Shown one piece after another: positions 10,117 to 19,744 of a stretch of 64,000 nucleotides of DNA. The stretch covers positions 64,001 to 128,000 of the forward strand of contig CAXXHG010000043.1 of NCBI GenBank assembly GCA_963666315.2. The letters are read 5' to 3'. The stretch comes from Candidatus Binatia bacterium. Lineage in GTDB: Bacteria; Desulfobacterota; Binatia; Bin18. Below the pieces are notes generated by a model. It did not search any database. It saw nothing but the letters and a program-made list of their open reading frames with translations, and was not told where the DNA came from. A program made the position numbers and the translations under genes. The first letter of the stretch is position 1. Every line of letters begins with the position of its first letter.

Positions 10117-11184
10117 ATGGGGACGAGGCGGAAGGGACTAGGGATTGGTTTTTACTTCTGCCTGATCGCTTTTTCAGCGCTTGCCTCGTGTTCGGTTCCG
10201 GCTGATCGTACGCCGGAGATGAATCCCGACCCATCGCTGTTATACGCCGCCCACGGCCAACCCGGTGCGTGGTTTAATCCGTGGCGCGCGTGGAATAAGA
10301 GCTATACCGACCTGTTCCGCTGGACCGTGTCGCGCAGCGCCTATACCGGCCAGCGGCGTGATCCGCCCGAAGTGCCTCGGGTAGAAAATGACGGCAGCTC
10401 GTTTGCCACACAAGAAAACTCGGCTGCCGTCACCTGGGTGGGCCATTCGACCTTTGCCGTTCATGACGGACCAGACGTATTTCTGACGGATCCGCACTTT
10501 GGCAAACGCGCCCTCCTGCCCGCACGCCACCATCCGCCCGGGGTCCCTATCTCAGCAATTCCGGACAACGCCTTCGCCGTGGTGTCCCACAACCACTACG
10601 ACCATCTGGATGCGTATACAGTCGAGAACCTGCCCCAGTCGGTCACTTGGTTTGTACCTCTGGGATTAGATAAATGGATCGAAAAAAAAGGGCGGAAAGC
10701 CGTCGAATTGGACTGGTGGCAAACGGCGCAGCACGGCCGCTGGAAAGTGACCTGTGTGCCCGTTCAGCACTGGTCACAGCGTATCGACCAGTGGCAGAAT
10801 TCAACCCTGTGGTGCGGCTGGGTCATTGCTAATGACGAACGGACCTATTTCTTCGCCGGCGATACCGGCTATTTTCACGGCTTTACCGAGATCGCCAAAA
10901 AGTTCGGCCCGATCGACGTGGCCATGCTGCCCATCGGGGCGTATGAACCGCGCTGGATCATGCATTACTCTCATTTGAACCCGACGGAGGCGTATCAGGC
11001 CTTTCACGACCTCAAGGCGCGTTGGATGCTGCCCGGTCACTGGGGTACCTTCCCACTCACGGATGAACCGATAGACGAACCACCACGCGAACTCCGGCGG
11101 GTTATTGAGCAAGCCGGCGGGACACTCGAGCCGATTAAGATTTTCGCGATCGGCGAGCGGTGGAAGATTCCGGAAGGGCGGTAG
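10117..11184 (+). CDS. MBL-fold metallo-hydrolase (NAPE-PLD/RomA-like), probable lipoprotein
   Basis: LAS-C lipobox; TWVGHST, SHNHYDHLD, FAGDTGY, LPIGAYEP, HWGTF. Confidence 0.9.
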   Translation: MGTRRKGLGIGFYFCLIAFSALASCSVPADRTPEMNPDPSLLYAAHGQPGAWFNPWRAWNKSYTDLFRWTVSRSAYTGQRRDPPEVPRVENDGSSFATQENSAAVTWVGHSTFAVHDGPDVFLTDPHFGKRALLPARHHPPGVPISAIPDNAFAVVSHNHYDHLDAYTVENLPQSVTWFVPLGLDKWIEKKGRKAVELDWWQTAQHGRWKVTCVPVQHWSQRIDQWQNSTLWCGWVIANDERTYFFAGDTGYFHGFTEIAKKFGPIDVAMLPIGAYEPRWIMHYSHLNPTEAYQAFHDLKARWMLPGHWGTFPLTDEPIDEPPRELRRVIEQAGGTLEPIKIFAIGERWKIPEGR

Positions 11185-11348
11185 GGGCGCAGCAGGCTGC
11201 ATCAGTCACAACTTAAGCCTTAGTCGGGTTGCTCGGCGTTCTACCCCCTCCTTGGAGGGGAGAAGCTCGCTGACGCTGCCACTCCGTTCCTTCGCTGACA
11301 GCTCATTCTACTTAAATTGGGACAAGTGAGCATGCTACGCCGGTCCAA

Positions 11349-12293
11349 TTACTGGGCAAACGTCTCAATCGCCTTTTGCACCGCTTGGGCGTAGGTCTGG
11401 TCTGCCACCGGCACAGGGTTGAGAATCGGCATCTGGATGCCGGCTTCGCGAAGGGCAGCTAGTTGTTCCCGGCAGCGGACAGGCGGACCGATCACTGACA
11501 GTTCATCCGCCATTTTATTCGTAGCCCCCTGCCTTCCACCGCCTACGAGTTTCGCCGCTTCGGCCTCAAATCCACTATCGTGAAAAAGCTTATTATAAAA
11601 CGGCAGGCCGCCATAAAAGCCCAGATTGGCTTTTGCCGTTTCCATGGCGGCATCCATATCGTCGTGTATGCAGGACGGAATGCCGGTGGTGATATCGATG
11701 TCTGAAACCGGGCGGCCGGCTTTGGCAGCCCCTTTCTCGACCGCGGCCAAGGCGGTGGGAATGCGACTCTTGGGACACAGATACAGCATGACGCCATCGG
11801 CAAGCTCACCACTCAAGGCAACCGTGCCCAAAGCCAGCGCCCCAATATAGATCGGAATGTGATTCACCGCCGCACGCGGTTGCATGGCCATGCCGGGCAG
11901 CTCTTTGCCCGCCGCCATATCACGGATCGCGCCGATATACTGGCGCATAAAGTTGCGCGGCTTTTCCATTTTTTCTTGGTACAGCCCTTCAACAATGGGT
12001 CGGTGACTCACCCCAAGGCCCAAAATCAGCCGGCCGTGCGAGGTGTCATCAATGGCGATGGCCGTTTGCGCACACAACGCCGCGTGACGCAGATAGATGT
12101 TCGCAATCCAGGTGCCGACCTTAATCCGCGAGGTGGCCTGGGCCATAATCTGGCAGTTGATCAAAGAATCGTTCATAAATTCCGGCGAAAAAATAGCCTC
12201 AAATCCGGCCGACTCAGCACTCTTGGCCAAGTCTTGTAACTCCGGAAACGTGAGTCCGGACATATTGGCGGCAACCACTCCGATACGGGCCAT
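11349..12293 (-). CDS. LLM class flavin/F420-dependent oxidoreductase
   Basis: ATSRIKVGT.I, GRLILGLG, PIYIGA.G...GELADG. Confidence 0.88.
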   Translation of the reverse strand: MARIGVVAANMSGLTFPELQDLAKSAESAGFEAIFSPEFMNDSLINCQIMAQATSRIKVGTWIANIYLRHAALCAQTAIAIDDTSHGRLILGLGVSHRPIVEGLYQEKMEKPRNFMRQYIGAIRDMAAGKELPGMAMQPRAAVNHIPIYIGALALGTVALSGELADGVMLYLCPKSRIPTALAAVEKGAAKAGRPVSDIDITTGIPSCIHDDMDAAMETAKANLGFYGGLPFYNKLFHDSGFEAEAAKLVGGGRQGATNKMADELSVIGPPVRCREQLAALREAGIQMPILNPVPVADQTYAQAVQKAIETFAQ

Positions 12294-12390
12294 AACACTC
12301 TCCTTTTGCTTGTGATGGAAACACCTTAGTGCGAGGCGTACTATATCATCTCACTCGTCAAAGACAAAGACAGTAGGGAGGCTCGAAACA

Positions 12391-12730
12391 ATGGCACAGA
12401 CTGCAACCGTTACCGTTATTCGTGCGAACGCTATCTGGACCGGCGGCACTGACCCAAAGATGCACTAGCGCCGCGACCTCGTCATCGAAGACGGCATCAA
12501 GGACGAGTACAAGGGCCACGTTGACATCGAAATCGACGCGACCGGCTGCCTTGTGGTGCCGGGACTCGTCAACTGCCACACCCACGCCGGGTGCACGCCG
12601 CACGCGCGCGGGCTCTCTGAAGATCTCGATATCCCCGACGCCGGTGCGTTTTACCACAGCCTCATTCCCGTCCTCGGCCTGTACTATACCGAGCTCAGCC
12701 ACGAGGAGTTCGCCGCCATCATGGAGTGGG
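12391..12730 (+). pseudogene. Amidohydrolase family N-terminal fragment with in-frame TAG (12466), truncated at ~12730
   Basis: RBS plus MAQTATVTVIRANAIWTG...KMH*RRDLVIEDG...IDATGCLVVPGLVNCHTH metal-binding motif. Confidence 0.75.
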
Positions 12731-13157
12731 CGGTGGCTCGGTGCCTAAGCCAGGCGAAGTGTCGTTAACGCATCATGGCGACCTCTTTCTCGATGAGCTA
12801 TCGGAATTTCGAAAGAATGTGCTCGAAGTCCTGCGCCAACCGCGCGAAGACGCCCACGTGACGATCTCGCGTACAGTCGGATCCATTACCTATCCAGCCG
12901 ACATTATGTTGGTGACTGCCATGAATCCGTGCCAATGCGGATTTTTCGGTGACCCGCAGCACGACTGCACTTGCTCACCGCAACAGGTCCAGCGCTACCG
13001 GGCCAAGATCTCCGGCCCGCTCTTGGATCGTATCGATATTCAAGTCGAAGTCCCTGCTGTGAAGTATAAAGAGCTCAGTTATAAAACTACGGGTGAGGAT
13101 TCCGCGACAATTCGCACCAGTTGGAGCCAACGTCATCGGGTAACTTCGGAAGTCTGA
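12726..13157 (+). pseudogene. comM: Internal fragment of YifB/ComM Mg-chelatase-like AAA+ ATPase
   Basis: [41 protein letters not shown]; N- and C-termini missing, conserved positions substituted. Confidence 0.8.
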
Positions 13158-13180
13158 AGGATTTAATCGGTGGATTGAGC

Positions 13181-13210
13181 AAAGAAAAAGAGGGGCTCAG
13201 GATGAGCCCC
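13181..13210 (-). terminator. Rho-independent terminator of hsp20
   Basis: GGGGCTCA-gga-TGAGCCCC hairpin followed by a U-rich tract on the minus strand. Confidence 0.7.
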
Positions 13211-13244
13211 ATGTATGTTGGAGAGAGAAGGAGAACAGCAGTCC

Positions 13245-13730
13245 TTAGGCAGTAGCAGTCGCGTCCCCGGTTTTCACATCAACCACAATCCGTTTTGGTG
13301 TCGCGGATTCCGGCAGCGGGACAACCACCTCAAGCGTTCCATTCTTAGAGATCGCCGCTATCTTCTCAGCATCCACGCCTCTGGGCAGGACAAACGACCG
13401 TTCGAACGAACCGTACGAAATCTCTCTATGGAAATAGCCGCCTTTCTCCTCTTGGCTGTCTGCCTTGCGCTCAGCTTTGAGCGTCAGCCGGTTTCCTTCA
13501 AGCGAGACCTCAACATCTTTGGGATCAATACCTGGCAAATCCGCTTTGATGTGGATCTCATTGCCCTCGACGTAGCTGTCGATCTTGGGGGCTGATCCCG
13601 CACTCACTGGCATCCCGACCGTCGGCCAAGCACGATCGTTGTAGAGATGATTAAAGATACCCCGCGGGTCGTGTCGCCATGGATTTACGGTCACAAAAGG
13701 GCCGCGCCATACACTGAGTTCTTGTCTCAT
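13245..13730 (-). CDS. Hsp20/alpha-crystallin small heat-shock protein
   Basis: ADLPGID..DVEV, EISYGSFERSFVLP, NGTLEV..P; ATG 13730 behind GGAGG. Confidence 0.93.
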   Translation of the reverse strand: MRQELSVWRGPFVTVNPWRHDPRGIFNHLYNDRAWPTVGMPVSAGSAPKIDSYVEGNEIHIKADLPGIDPKDVEVSLEGNRLTLKAERKADSQEEKGGYFHREISYGSFERSFVLPRGVDAEKIAAISKNGTLEVVVPLPESATPKRIVVDVKTGDATATA

Positions 13731-13871
13731 TTTTTCTACCTCCTGTCTGTTTAGTCTGTGTCTGACAAACAAAAGATAAGTACGTTGAGAGAAGAGTCAA
13801 GGGGTCATAAGAAAAATTTTGACTCGTTAAGAAAACCAATAGATCCTCGGCTCTAGAGAGCCAGCATCTTA

Positions 13872-14014
13872 GAAGTTGTTGAAAACCTGCCGCGAGCGCC
13901 GGGAAACCAAGACGCGAGGGGGTAAGAAACCGGAGTGTACGGACGAGTACATGAGGATTCTGAGGCGCCGAGCAACGCCGGTATCCTAAGCGCAGTAGGT
14001 TTTTCAACGGCTTC
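13872..14014. mobile_element. MITE-like non-autonomous element (~143 bp)
   Basis: Terminal IRs GAAGTTGTTGAAAACCT / AGGTTTTTCAACGGCTTC, TTA direct repeat on both flanks, internal GTAC-N6-GTAC hairpin. Confidence 0.6.
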
Positions 14015-14800
14015 TTAGCTGTACTCCGGCTTCTTTGTCACACGCACGACCGTTCCAGAGATCCGAGTGTGTTGAATGCGTATCGTAATGGGTTTGCGCC
14101 TAGGCGAAGATCCTGAGGATACTTTGGTATACACAACTGTTGAGTGGATAGATTTATGCCCGAGATGATCCTGCACGTCTTCAAGCGTATGTCCGGCGTC
14201 CAGGAGATGAGCCGCAATCGAGTGGCGAAGACAGTGGCTGTGGCGCTTATGGAGTGAAATGTTTGCCTGCTCGGCATACATACGAAAAAGCCGATCGATG
14301 CGCTGGCGGCTCACCGGCCGCGCGTTGCGCGAAGGAAAAAGATAGGGCAGGCTATCGCGCCGATTTCCGACATAATCGCGCAGCAGCCGCAGATACTCAG
14401 TGGTCATGACTTTCTCCCCAGCCACGCCACTCTTCAATCGGGGAATGTGAATCTGGCGCGTTGTGAAGTTGACGTGCTCGCGCCGTAAGAGTCCGACCTC
14501 CGAGGCTCGCAGTCCGAAATAATACATCGCCGCAAACAGCACCCGATCACGCTCGTCGGTCATCTGGGCAAACAGCCGCGCAACCTCTCCACGTGTGAGG
14601 GTGACATATTTCTCACGTGCCTTTTGGTGCGCGGGTGCAGTGTCTCGTGCCGCGTCTTTCTCTTGGCGCTCTTTGCGCTCTTGACGAGCGAACGCGGCCT
14701 GCAGCTCTCGCAAATATCGAGTAACGCTTTTCCCTTGTTGCGCAGCTTGACGTGCAGCCAGCTGTAAGAGCTTTTCCTGCGGGGTCTGATAGTCTTTCAC
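14015..14800 (-). CDS. Tyrosine recombinase, FimB/FimE-like, with a ~60 aa N-terminal extension
   Basis: Catalytic residues GLRASE, RLKSG, HCLRHS, LGHKSI, VVYT. Confidence 0.88.
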   Translation of the reverse strand: MKDYQTPQEKLLQLAARQAAQQGKSVTRYLRELQAAFARQERKERQEKDAARDTAPAHQKAREKYVTLTRGEVARLFAQMTDERDRVLFAAMYYFGLRASEVGLLRREHVNFTTRQIHIPRLKSGVAGEKVMTTEYLRLLRDYVGNRRDSLPYLFPSRNARPVSRQRIDRLFRMYAEQANISLHKRHSHCLRHSIAAHLLDAGHTLEDVQDHLGHKSIHSTVVYTKVSSGSSPRRKPITIRIQHTRISGTVVRVTKKPEYS

Positions 14801-14839
14801 TATGGGGTCCTCAGACGGCGGCTTGCATGAGATTTTTAC

Positions 14840-15481
14840 TCACGGAATTCCTAGCAGTTTATGCGTTTGCAGACACAGCCGCCAACGCGGATGTTCGAGG
14901 CAATAGCGGAGCGCCGCTTGCGTGTTGTATGCGCGGTCCTGACCATCCATAGGCTGGAGGAAGAAGTGTTGGAACTTTAGGTGCACAAACTGTTCCGGCT
15001 CTGCTCCCGGTTGCGGAAAGATAAGCTTGAGTTCGCCGCCGTTCTTGAGCACGAGTTCCGCTCCGGCCTTGGGGCTGACGCAGATCCAATCAATGCCGGG
15101 TGGAGGAGAGATGGTACCGTTTGTTTCAATCGCGACCGCAAATCCTTGGGCATGCAATGCTACAATAAGATTTTCATCAAGCTGAAGCAGTGGCTCGCCG
15201 CCCGTACACACCACAAACGGAGACGCCGCGACCGCGTGTTGTGCCGGCCATTTGGCAGAAACGGCACCCGCCAACTCCTGAGCAGAGACGAAGCGCCCGC
15301 CCCCAGGACCATCCACACCCACAAAATCAGTATCGCAAAACTGACACACGGCTGAGGCCCGGTCCTGTTCGAGACCGGACCAGAGGTTACACCCGGCAAA
15401 ACGACAGAACACCGCCGGTCGGCCGGTATGAGCCCCTTCGCCCTGCAGGGTATAAAAAATTTCTTTTACCGCGTAACCCAT
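14840..15481 (-). CDS. queE: 7-carboxy-7-deazaguanine synthase (radical SAM, Cx14Cx2C type)
   Basis: KEIFYTLQGEG, CNLWSG...VCQFCDTDF, TGGEPLLQ, IETNGT, QTHK. Confidence 0.95.
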   Translation of the reverse strand: MGYAVKEIFYTLQGEGAHTGRPAVFCRFAGCNLWSGLEQDRASAVCQFCDTDFVGVDGPGGGRFVSAQELAGAVSAKWPAQHAVAASPFVVCTGGEPLLQLDENLIVALHAQGFAVAIETNGTISPPPGIDWICVSPKAGAELVLKNGGELKLIFPQPGAEPEQFVHLKFQHFFLQPMDGQDRAYNTQAALRYCLEHPRWRLCLQTHKLLGIP

Positions 15482-15507
15482 GCGCCAACACTGTGCCTTT
15501 CACGGAC

Positions 15508-15538
15508 AAGAAAGAAGGGGCGTCGTATGACGCCCCTT
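15508..15538 (-). terminator. Rho-independent terminator downstream of HU gene
   Basis: AAGGGGCGTC-gtat-GACGCCCCTT hairpin with a U tract on the minus strand. Confidence 0.7.
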
Positions 15539-15609
15539 GTCAGATCTAGAAGAGGGTAGAGAAAGAGATGGGGGTACCCATCCACCAGATATATAAATCT
15601 CCGAGCGCG

Positions 15610-15903
15610 CTATTTCTTCTTTTTCACTCCGAGAATTGATTCTTTAAAAACTTTTGCCGCAGTAAAGGCCACTTTTTTACGAGCCGGAATTTTGAGCGGC
15701 TCCCCGGTTTGCGGGTTTCGTCCGATTCTCGCTTTTAACTGGCGCAACCGAAAGGTACCCAAATTCGGGATTTTGAGCTCTTTGTCTTTCTTCACCGTCT
15801 TGGTAACAAACGCGACAAAGGCATCCAGGTTCTCGGCTGCCTGGCGGTTCGGGATATCTCCCCACGTCTCGGCGAGCTTTTTGACCATCTCTGATTTTGT
15901 CAT
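15610..15903 (-). CDS. hup: HU family DNA-binding protein
   Basis: MTKSEMV, LGTF...KARIGRNPQTGEPLKIPA. Confidence 0.93.
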   Translation of the reverse strand: MTKSEMVKKLAETWGDIPNRQAAENLDAFVAFVTKTVKKDKELKIPNLGTFRLRQLKARIGRNPQTGEPLKIPARKKVAFTAAKVFKESILGVKKKK

Positions 15904-16285
15904 GATACCAACCTCCTTACCTCATAGGGTTCTGTATTGCGTCCCACATCAAGGAGTCGAGGGATCTGGCGACCAGAAGCCCCACGACTCGCCACCGGCC
16001 TACTCCTCTAGGTCACTTCTCTTCTTGACAGCCTCCTCTCGTTACCTCCACATGAACAACCTATGACAGCATATTCCTAACACCAGAAATAGCGGAGAGC
16101 AGCAGGGGTATATCAGGATAGGACCAATATCAGACCAGGCGCTCTTCTCGACTGTGTCGCATCAGGTCACGTTAGGGACATTGAAGGCTTCGACTTCGTG
16201 CCATAGCTGCCTGAGGCTAGACGCGAAGCGCAGCCGCTACCATCCCGGGCCTGAGCCGTACGGACCCCCACTCTCCACCATCCAA

Positions 16286-16314
16286 CTTTTACCTGTCACA
16301 CCCCAAACTGTCAA
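16286..16314 (-). promoter_or_regulatory. Putative sigma70 promoter ~380 nt upstream of hup
   Basis: TTGACA-N17-TAAAAG on the minus strand with an AT-rich upstream element. Confidence 0.45.
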
Positions 16315-16348
16315 TAAAATCAAGCAAAAATAGTAAAAATCAAAAAGT

Positions 16349-18799
16349 CTAATGGTACATCTCGACCAGTTCGATCATACCAAGTTGTTTGAGCGCTGAG
16401 AAAAGCCGCCCTTTGACTTCGCGCACAGTGCCCAACAGTAGGATTTCTTGGGTTACGGCCTGGGCTTCAGCATAGGACACCGAACGGATGACACGCTTAA
16501 TAACAGGTACAAAGAAAGCTTCCATGCTGAGTTCATCTAGCCCCATCCCCAGTAAAAGCAAGGTACACAGCGGGTCAGCCGCCATCTCCCCACACAGGCT
16601 CACCCGTTTGCCGGCGCGCTTGGCGGCCTGAACTGTGGTAGCAATCGCCTTCAACACGGCAGGGTGGAGAGGCTCATACAGAGAGGCTACTTTACGGTTA
16701 TTGCGATCAACCGCCAGCAGATATTGAATCAGATCATTCGTACCAATACTAAAGAAGTCCACCTCTTGGGCCAGACGATCCGCTAACCAGACGGCTGCGG
16801 GTACCTCGACCATCATGCCGATCGGCATATAGGGATCAAACGCCTTGCCTTCCTGACGTAACTCATCCTTGGCTTGTTCCAAGAGTTCCTTGACTTGGAG
16901 CAATTCTTCGACTCTGGATATCATGGGGAATAAAATGTGGACCGGCCCATGCACCCCCGCGCGGAGGATAGCCCGCAGTTGGACTTTAAAGAGATCCGCC
17001 ATCTCTAAAGAGATGCGAATGGAGCGCCAGCCTAAGAACGGATTATCTTCTTGGGGAAGCTTCATATAGGAGGGATATTTGTCCGGCCCGAGATCTAAGG
17101 TCCGGATCGTGACCGGTTTCCCCCTCATCCCAGTCAAAACCCGTTGATACAGTGCCAACTGGGCCTCTTCGCTGGGGAAATCGCTATAGGTGAGAAATGG
17201 GACTTCAGTCCGATACAGCCCGATGCCTTCCGCTCCATGACGATGGGCAAAGTCGATGTCGCTCAGCAACCCGACATTGGCCCCCAGAGTGATGCGCACC
17301 TCGTCCAGCGTTTCAGCAGGCAGGTCATGAATCTCTTCGAGATGACGATTAAACGCACGGTACTCACGATCAAAACGACTGTATTCACGCACGACCTCGG
17401 CGCCGGGATTCACGTAGGCTACGCCGGCGCTTCCATCCACGATCACCGCGTCACCTTGTTGAATCAATGCCGCGTGTTCGACGCCAACGACGGTTGGGAT
17501 TTCAAATGATTTCGCAAGAATGGATGTATGCGAGGTAGCCCCTCCGCTGGCCAGCACCACCCCTTTGAGCTGACTGTGATCTACGCGGCACAGGTCAGAC
17601 AGGGACAGTTCGTCAGCAACAAGAATCAGGTTCTCGCCTTTTGGTCCGATTTTCTCCTCAAGGCCGAGCAGATGGCGCAGCACCCGTTGGCCGATATCAC
17701 GCACATCCGTCCCTCGGTCGCGCAGGTGCTCGCTGCCTGCACGCTCCAGCCTTTCGACATAGTCTTCGATCACCTTCTTAAGCGCGGTGTCCGCCGCATA
17801 GTGCTGTCGGATCAGAGCCTCTATTTTTCCGATAAACTGCGGGTCTTCCAGCATCATACGATGGACGTCGAAAATCGCCCGATCAATTTCAGGCAAGCGT
17901 TCCTGCACCCGCTCTTTCAGGGCATCAATCTCTGCGACCGACTGCTCGATAGCCACAGACAGATGTCGGAGTTCTGCATCAGGATCGTCCTGATGGCGCT
18001 CTTCGAGTGCGTCAAGACGCACAGGCGGATGCACCAGATGTGCCTGGCCAGATCCGACTCCGGGCGAAGCACCCACCCCCGTGAGACGCAGACGACTCGT
18101 GCGCCCTTTTGCCTGCGCCTGTTGCTCACGTTTGCGCTCGTACGCGCTGGGCCGCATGATGTCTTCCAGCATACGCGCCTGATAGTCTTGGCGTTCACGT
18201 TCTTTAGCTTCGAGCTTTTCCGGCAGTCGGGCTTGAACAATCACCCCGGCGACCTGGGTCGCAATCGTTTTGAGTAAACGAATCTCCGTGCGGGAAAAAC
18301 GTCGGCGGCTCCGACTCTGGACGACGAGTACGCCGAGTACGTTGCGTTTTTCGATCACGGGCAGACCGAGAAATGAATGGAAGCGTTCCTCCCCGGTCTC
18401 CGGAAAATATTTATTCCGCGCATGCGTCATTGCATCCAGAACTGCAACGTGCTCGCCCAGCTCGACCACGAGCCCAGCCAGGCCCTCATGTTTAGGCATG
18501 CTCACCTTACCGACCGCGGTCTGGTCCAGACCCATCGTCGCCCATAAGGTCAGCCGTTCACCTGTTGTATCTAAGAGGTAGAGAGAACAGACATCCGCGC
18601 CTATCCGCTGCGCAATAATTTTTGTGATGTCCTGGAGCGTGTCTTGCAGATCGTGGGATCGGGACAGCAAAGCAGCTATGTCTGCCAGCAGACGCAGGCC
18701 AACCTGTTGTTCGGAACGGGGTTCCGGCCGTGCGGCGGCTTTCGTCCGCTTTTTCTCAGGGCGCCGCTGCGCCGGAGATGTTTTGGGAGCTCCATCCAT
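16349..18799 (-). CDS. ptsP: GAF-domain phosphoenolpyruvate-protein phosphotransferase (Enzyme I-Ntr)
   Basis: N-terminal GAF (YFPETGEERFHSFLGLP), GGATSH phospho-His, GIGLYRTE, NPFLGWR.IR, SIGTNDL.QY. Confidence 0.93.
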   Translation of the reverse strand: MDGAPKTSPAQRRPEKKRTKAAARPEPRSEQQVGLRLLADIAALLSRSHDLQDTLQDITKIIAQRIGADVCSLYLLDTTGERLTLWATMGLDQTAVGKVSMPKHEGLAGLVVELGEHVAVLDAMTHARNKYFPETGEERFHSFLGLPVIEKRNVLGVLVVQSRSRRRFSRTEIRLLKTIATQVAGVIVQARLPEKLEAKERERQDYQARMLEDIMRPSAYERKREQQAQAKGRTSRLRLTGVGASPGVGSGQAHLVHPPVRLDALEERHQDDPDAELRHLSVAIEQSVAEIDALKERVQERLPEIDRAIFDVHRMMLEDPQFIGKIEALIRQHYAADTALKKVIEDYVERLERAGSEHLRDRGTDVRDIGQRVLRHLLGLEEKIGPKGENLILVADELSLSDLCRVDHSQLKGVVLASGGATSHTSILAKSFEIPTVVGVEHAALIQQGDAVIVDGSAGVAYVNPGAEVVREYSRFDREYRAFNRHLEEIHDLPAETLDEVRITLGANVGLLSDIDFAHRHGAEGIGLYRTEVPFLTYSDFPSEEAQLALYQRVLTGMRGKPVTIRTLDLGPDKYPSYMKLPQEDNPFLGWRSIRISLEMADLFKVQLRAILRAGVHGPVHILFPMISRVEELLQVKELLEQAKDELRQEGKAFDPYMPIGMMVEVPAAVWLADRLAQEVDFFSIGTNDLIQYLLAVDRNNRKVASLYEPLHPAVLKAIATTVQAAKRAGKRVSLCGEMAADPLCTLLLLGMGLDELSMEAFFVPVIKRVIRSVSYAEAQAVTQEILLLGTVREVKGRLFSALKQLGMIELVEMYH

Positions 18800-18930
18800 A
18801 GAATATGCCGCGCGTATTGTATCTGAGGCCCCGGCAGGCCACAAGGCGCGAATATGAGGCGCAAGGCAGGAATGATCACCTTATTGTGCTAAATCAAGCC
18901 AAATCAACCAGAACCACTAGATTGGGCAAA

Positions 18931-19740
18931 TCACAAATCAACTTGATGATTGAGCGGAGCATGCCCCTGCCCGATTCGAAACCCGGCGGTAATCGCGCGG
19001 GTCACAAAATCCTTTGCTTGAGCGACGGCGTCCTCCACCGCTGCTCCTTTGGCGAGCTCGGCCGTAATCGCTGCGGAGAAAGTACACCCAGCACCGTGGG
19101 TACATACCGTTTCTATTTTCCGGCACGAATACGTGCGAAAGACCGTCCCATCAAAAAGCAGGTCACAGGCCTCTTCTTCGAGATGACCGCCCTTGATGAC
19201 GACATACGCAGGGCCTAAGGCTTTAATCCGACGAGCCGCCTCTTCCATACTCGGACGATCATGGACATCCATTTCAGCAAGCAGTCCCGCTTCAAACAGG
19301 TTTGGTGTCACAATAAGCGCGAGAGGGAGTAATTTCTCGGTCAGCGCTTGCCGAGCCTCTTCGCGCAGCAAGGCCTGGCCCCCTTTTGCAACCATGACGG
19401 GATCGACGACGAGCTGACGGACGGCATACTCCTGGACCTTCCGACTCACTATGTCCACAAGCGGAATTGAGGCCAGCATGCCGGTCTTCGCCGCATGAGT
19501 TTGGATATCGCTGAGGACACTGTCAAACTCTTGGCCGACAAAGTCAGGCGCGAGTTCTACGACAGACTGGACTCCGAGCGTATTTTGGGCCGTGACTGCG
19601 GTCAGCACACTCATCCCGTAGACCCCACGAGCCATAAAAGTCTTGAGGTCGGCTTGGATGCCGGCCCCCCCGCCACTATCGGATCCCGCAATGGTTAAGG
19701 CTTTTGGTGGTATCGGCATCGTCGTGTCTCCGAGTTTCAT
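18931..19740 (-). CDS. thiD: Hydroxymethylpyrimidine/phosphomethylpyrimidine kinase
   Basis: [42 protein letters not shown]. Confidence 0.95.
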   Translation of the reverse strand: MKLGDTTMPIPPKALTIAGSDSGGGAGIQADLKTFMARGVYGMSVLTAVTAQNTLGVQSVVELAPDFVGQEFDSVLSDIQTHAAKTGMLASIPLVDIVSRKVQEYAVRQLVVDPVMVAKGGQALLREEARQALTEKLLPLALIVTPNLFEAGLLAEMDVHDRPSMEEAARRIKALGPAYVVIKGGHLEEEACDLLFDGTVFRTYSCRKIETVCTHGAGCTFSAAITAELAKGAAVEDAVAQAKDFVTRAITAGFRIGQGHAPLNHQVDL

Positions 19741-19744
19741 GGTC

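Noticed and set aside
12391-14800. Intact prophage or integrative element around the tyrosine recombinase
   Set aside because: No phage, conjugation or replication genes and no att pair or tRNA target recognised
14840-15481. Atypical Cx14Cx2C radical-SAM motif as a novelty or sign of a DNA-modification (dpd) system
   Set aside because: This is a known QueE subtype, and no dpdA/tgt-like or other 7-deazaguanine genes are adjacent
15904-16300. tmRNA or RNase P RNA in the hup upstream region (CTCCACCA at ~16273; ACAGAACCC on the minus strand)
   Set aside because: No T-loop GTTCRA before CTCCACCA and no GAGGAAAGTCC P4 strand; the matches are short and on opposite strands
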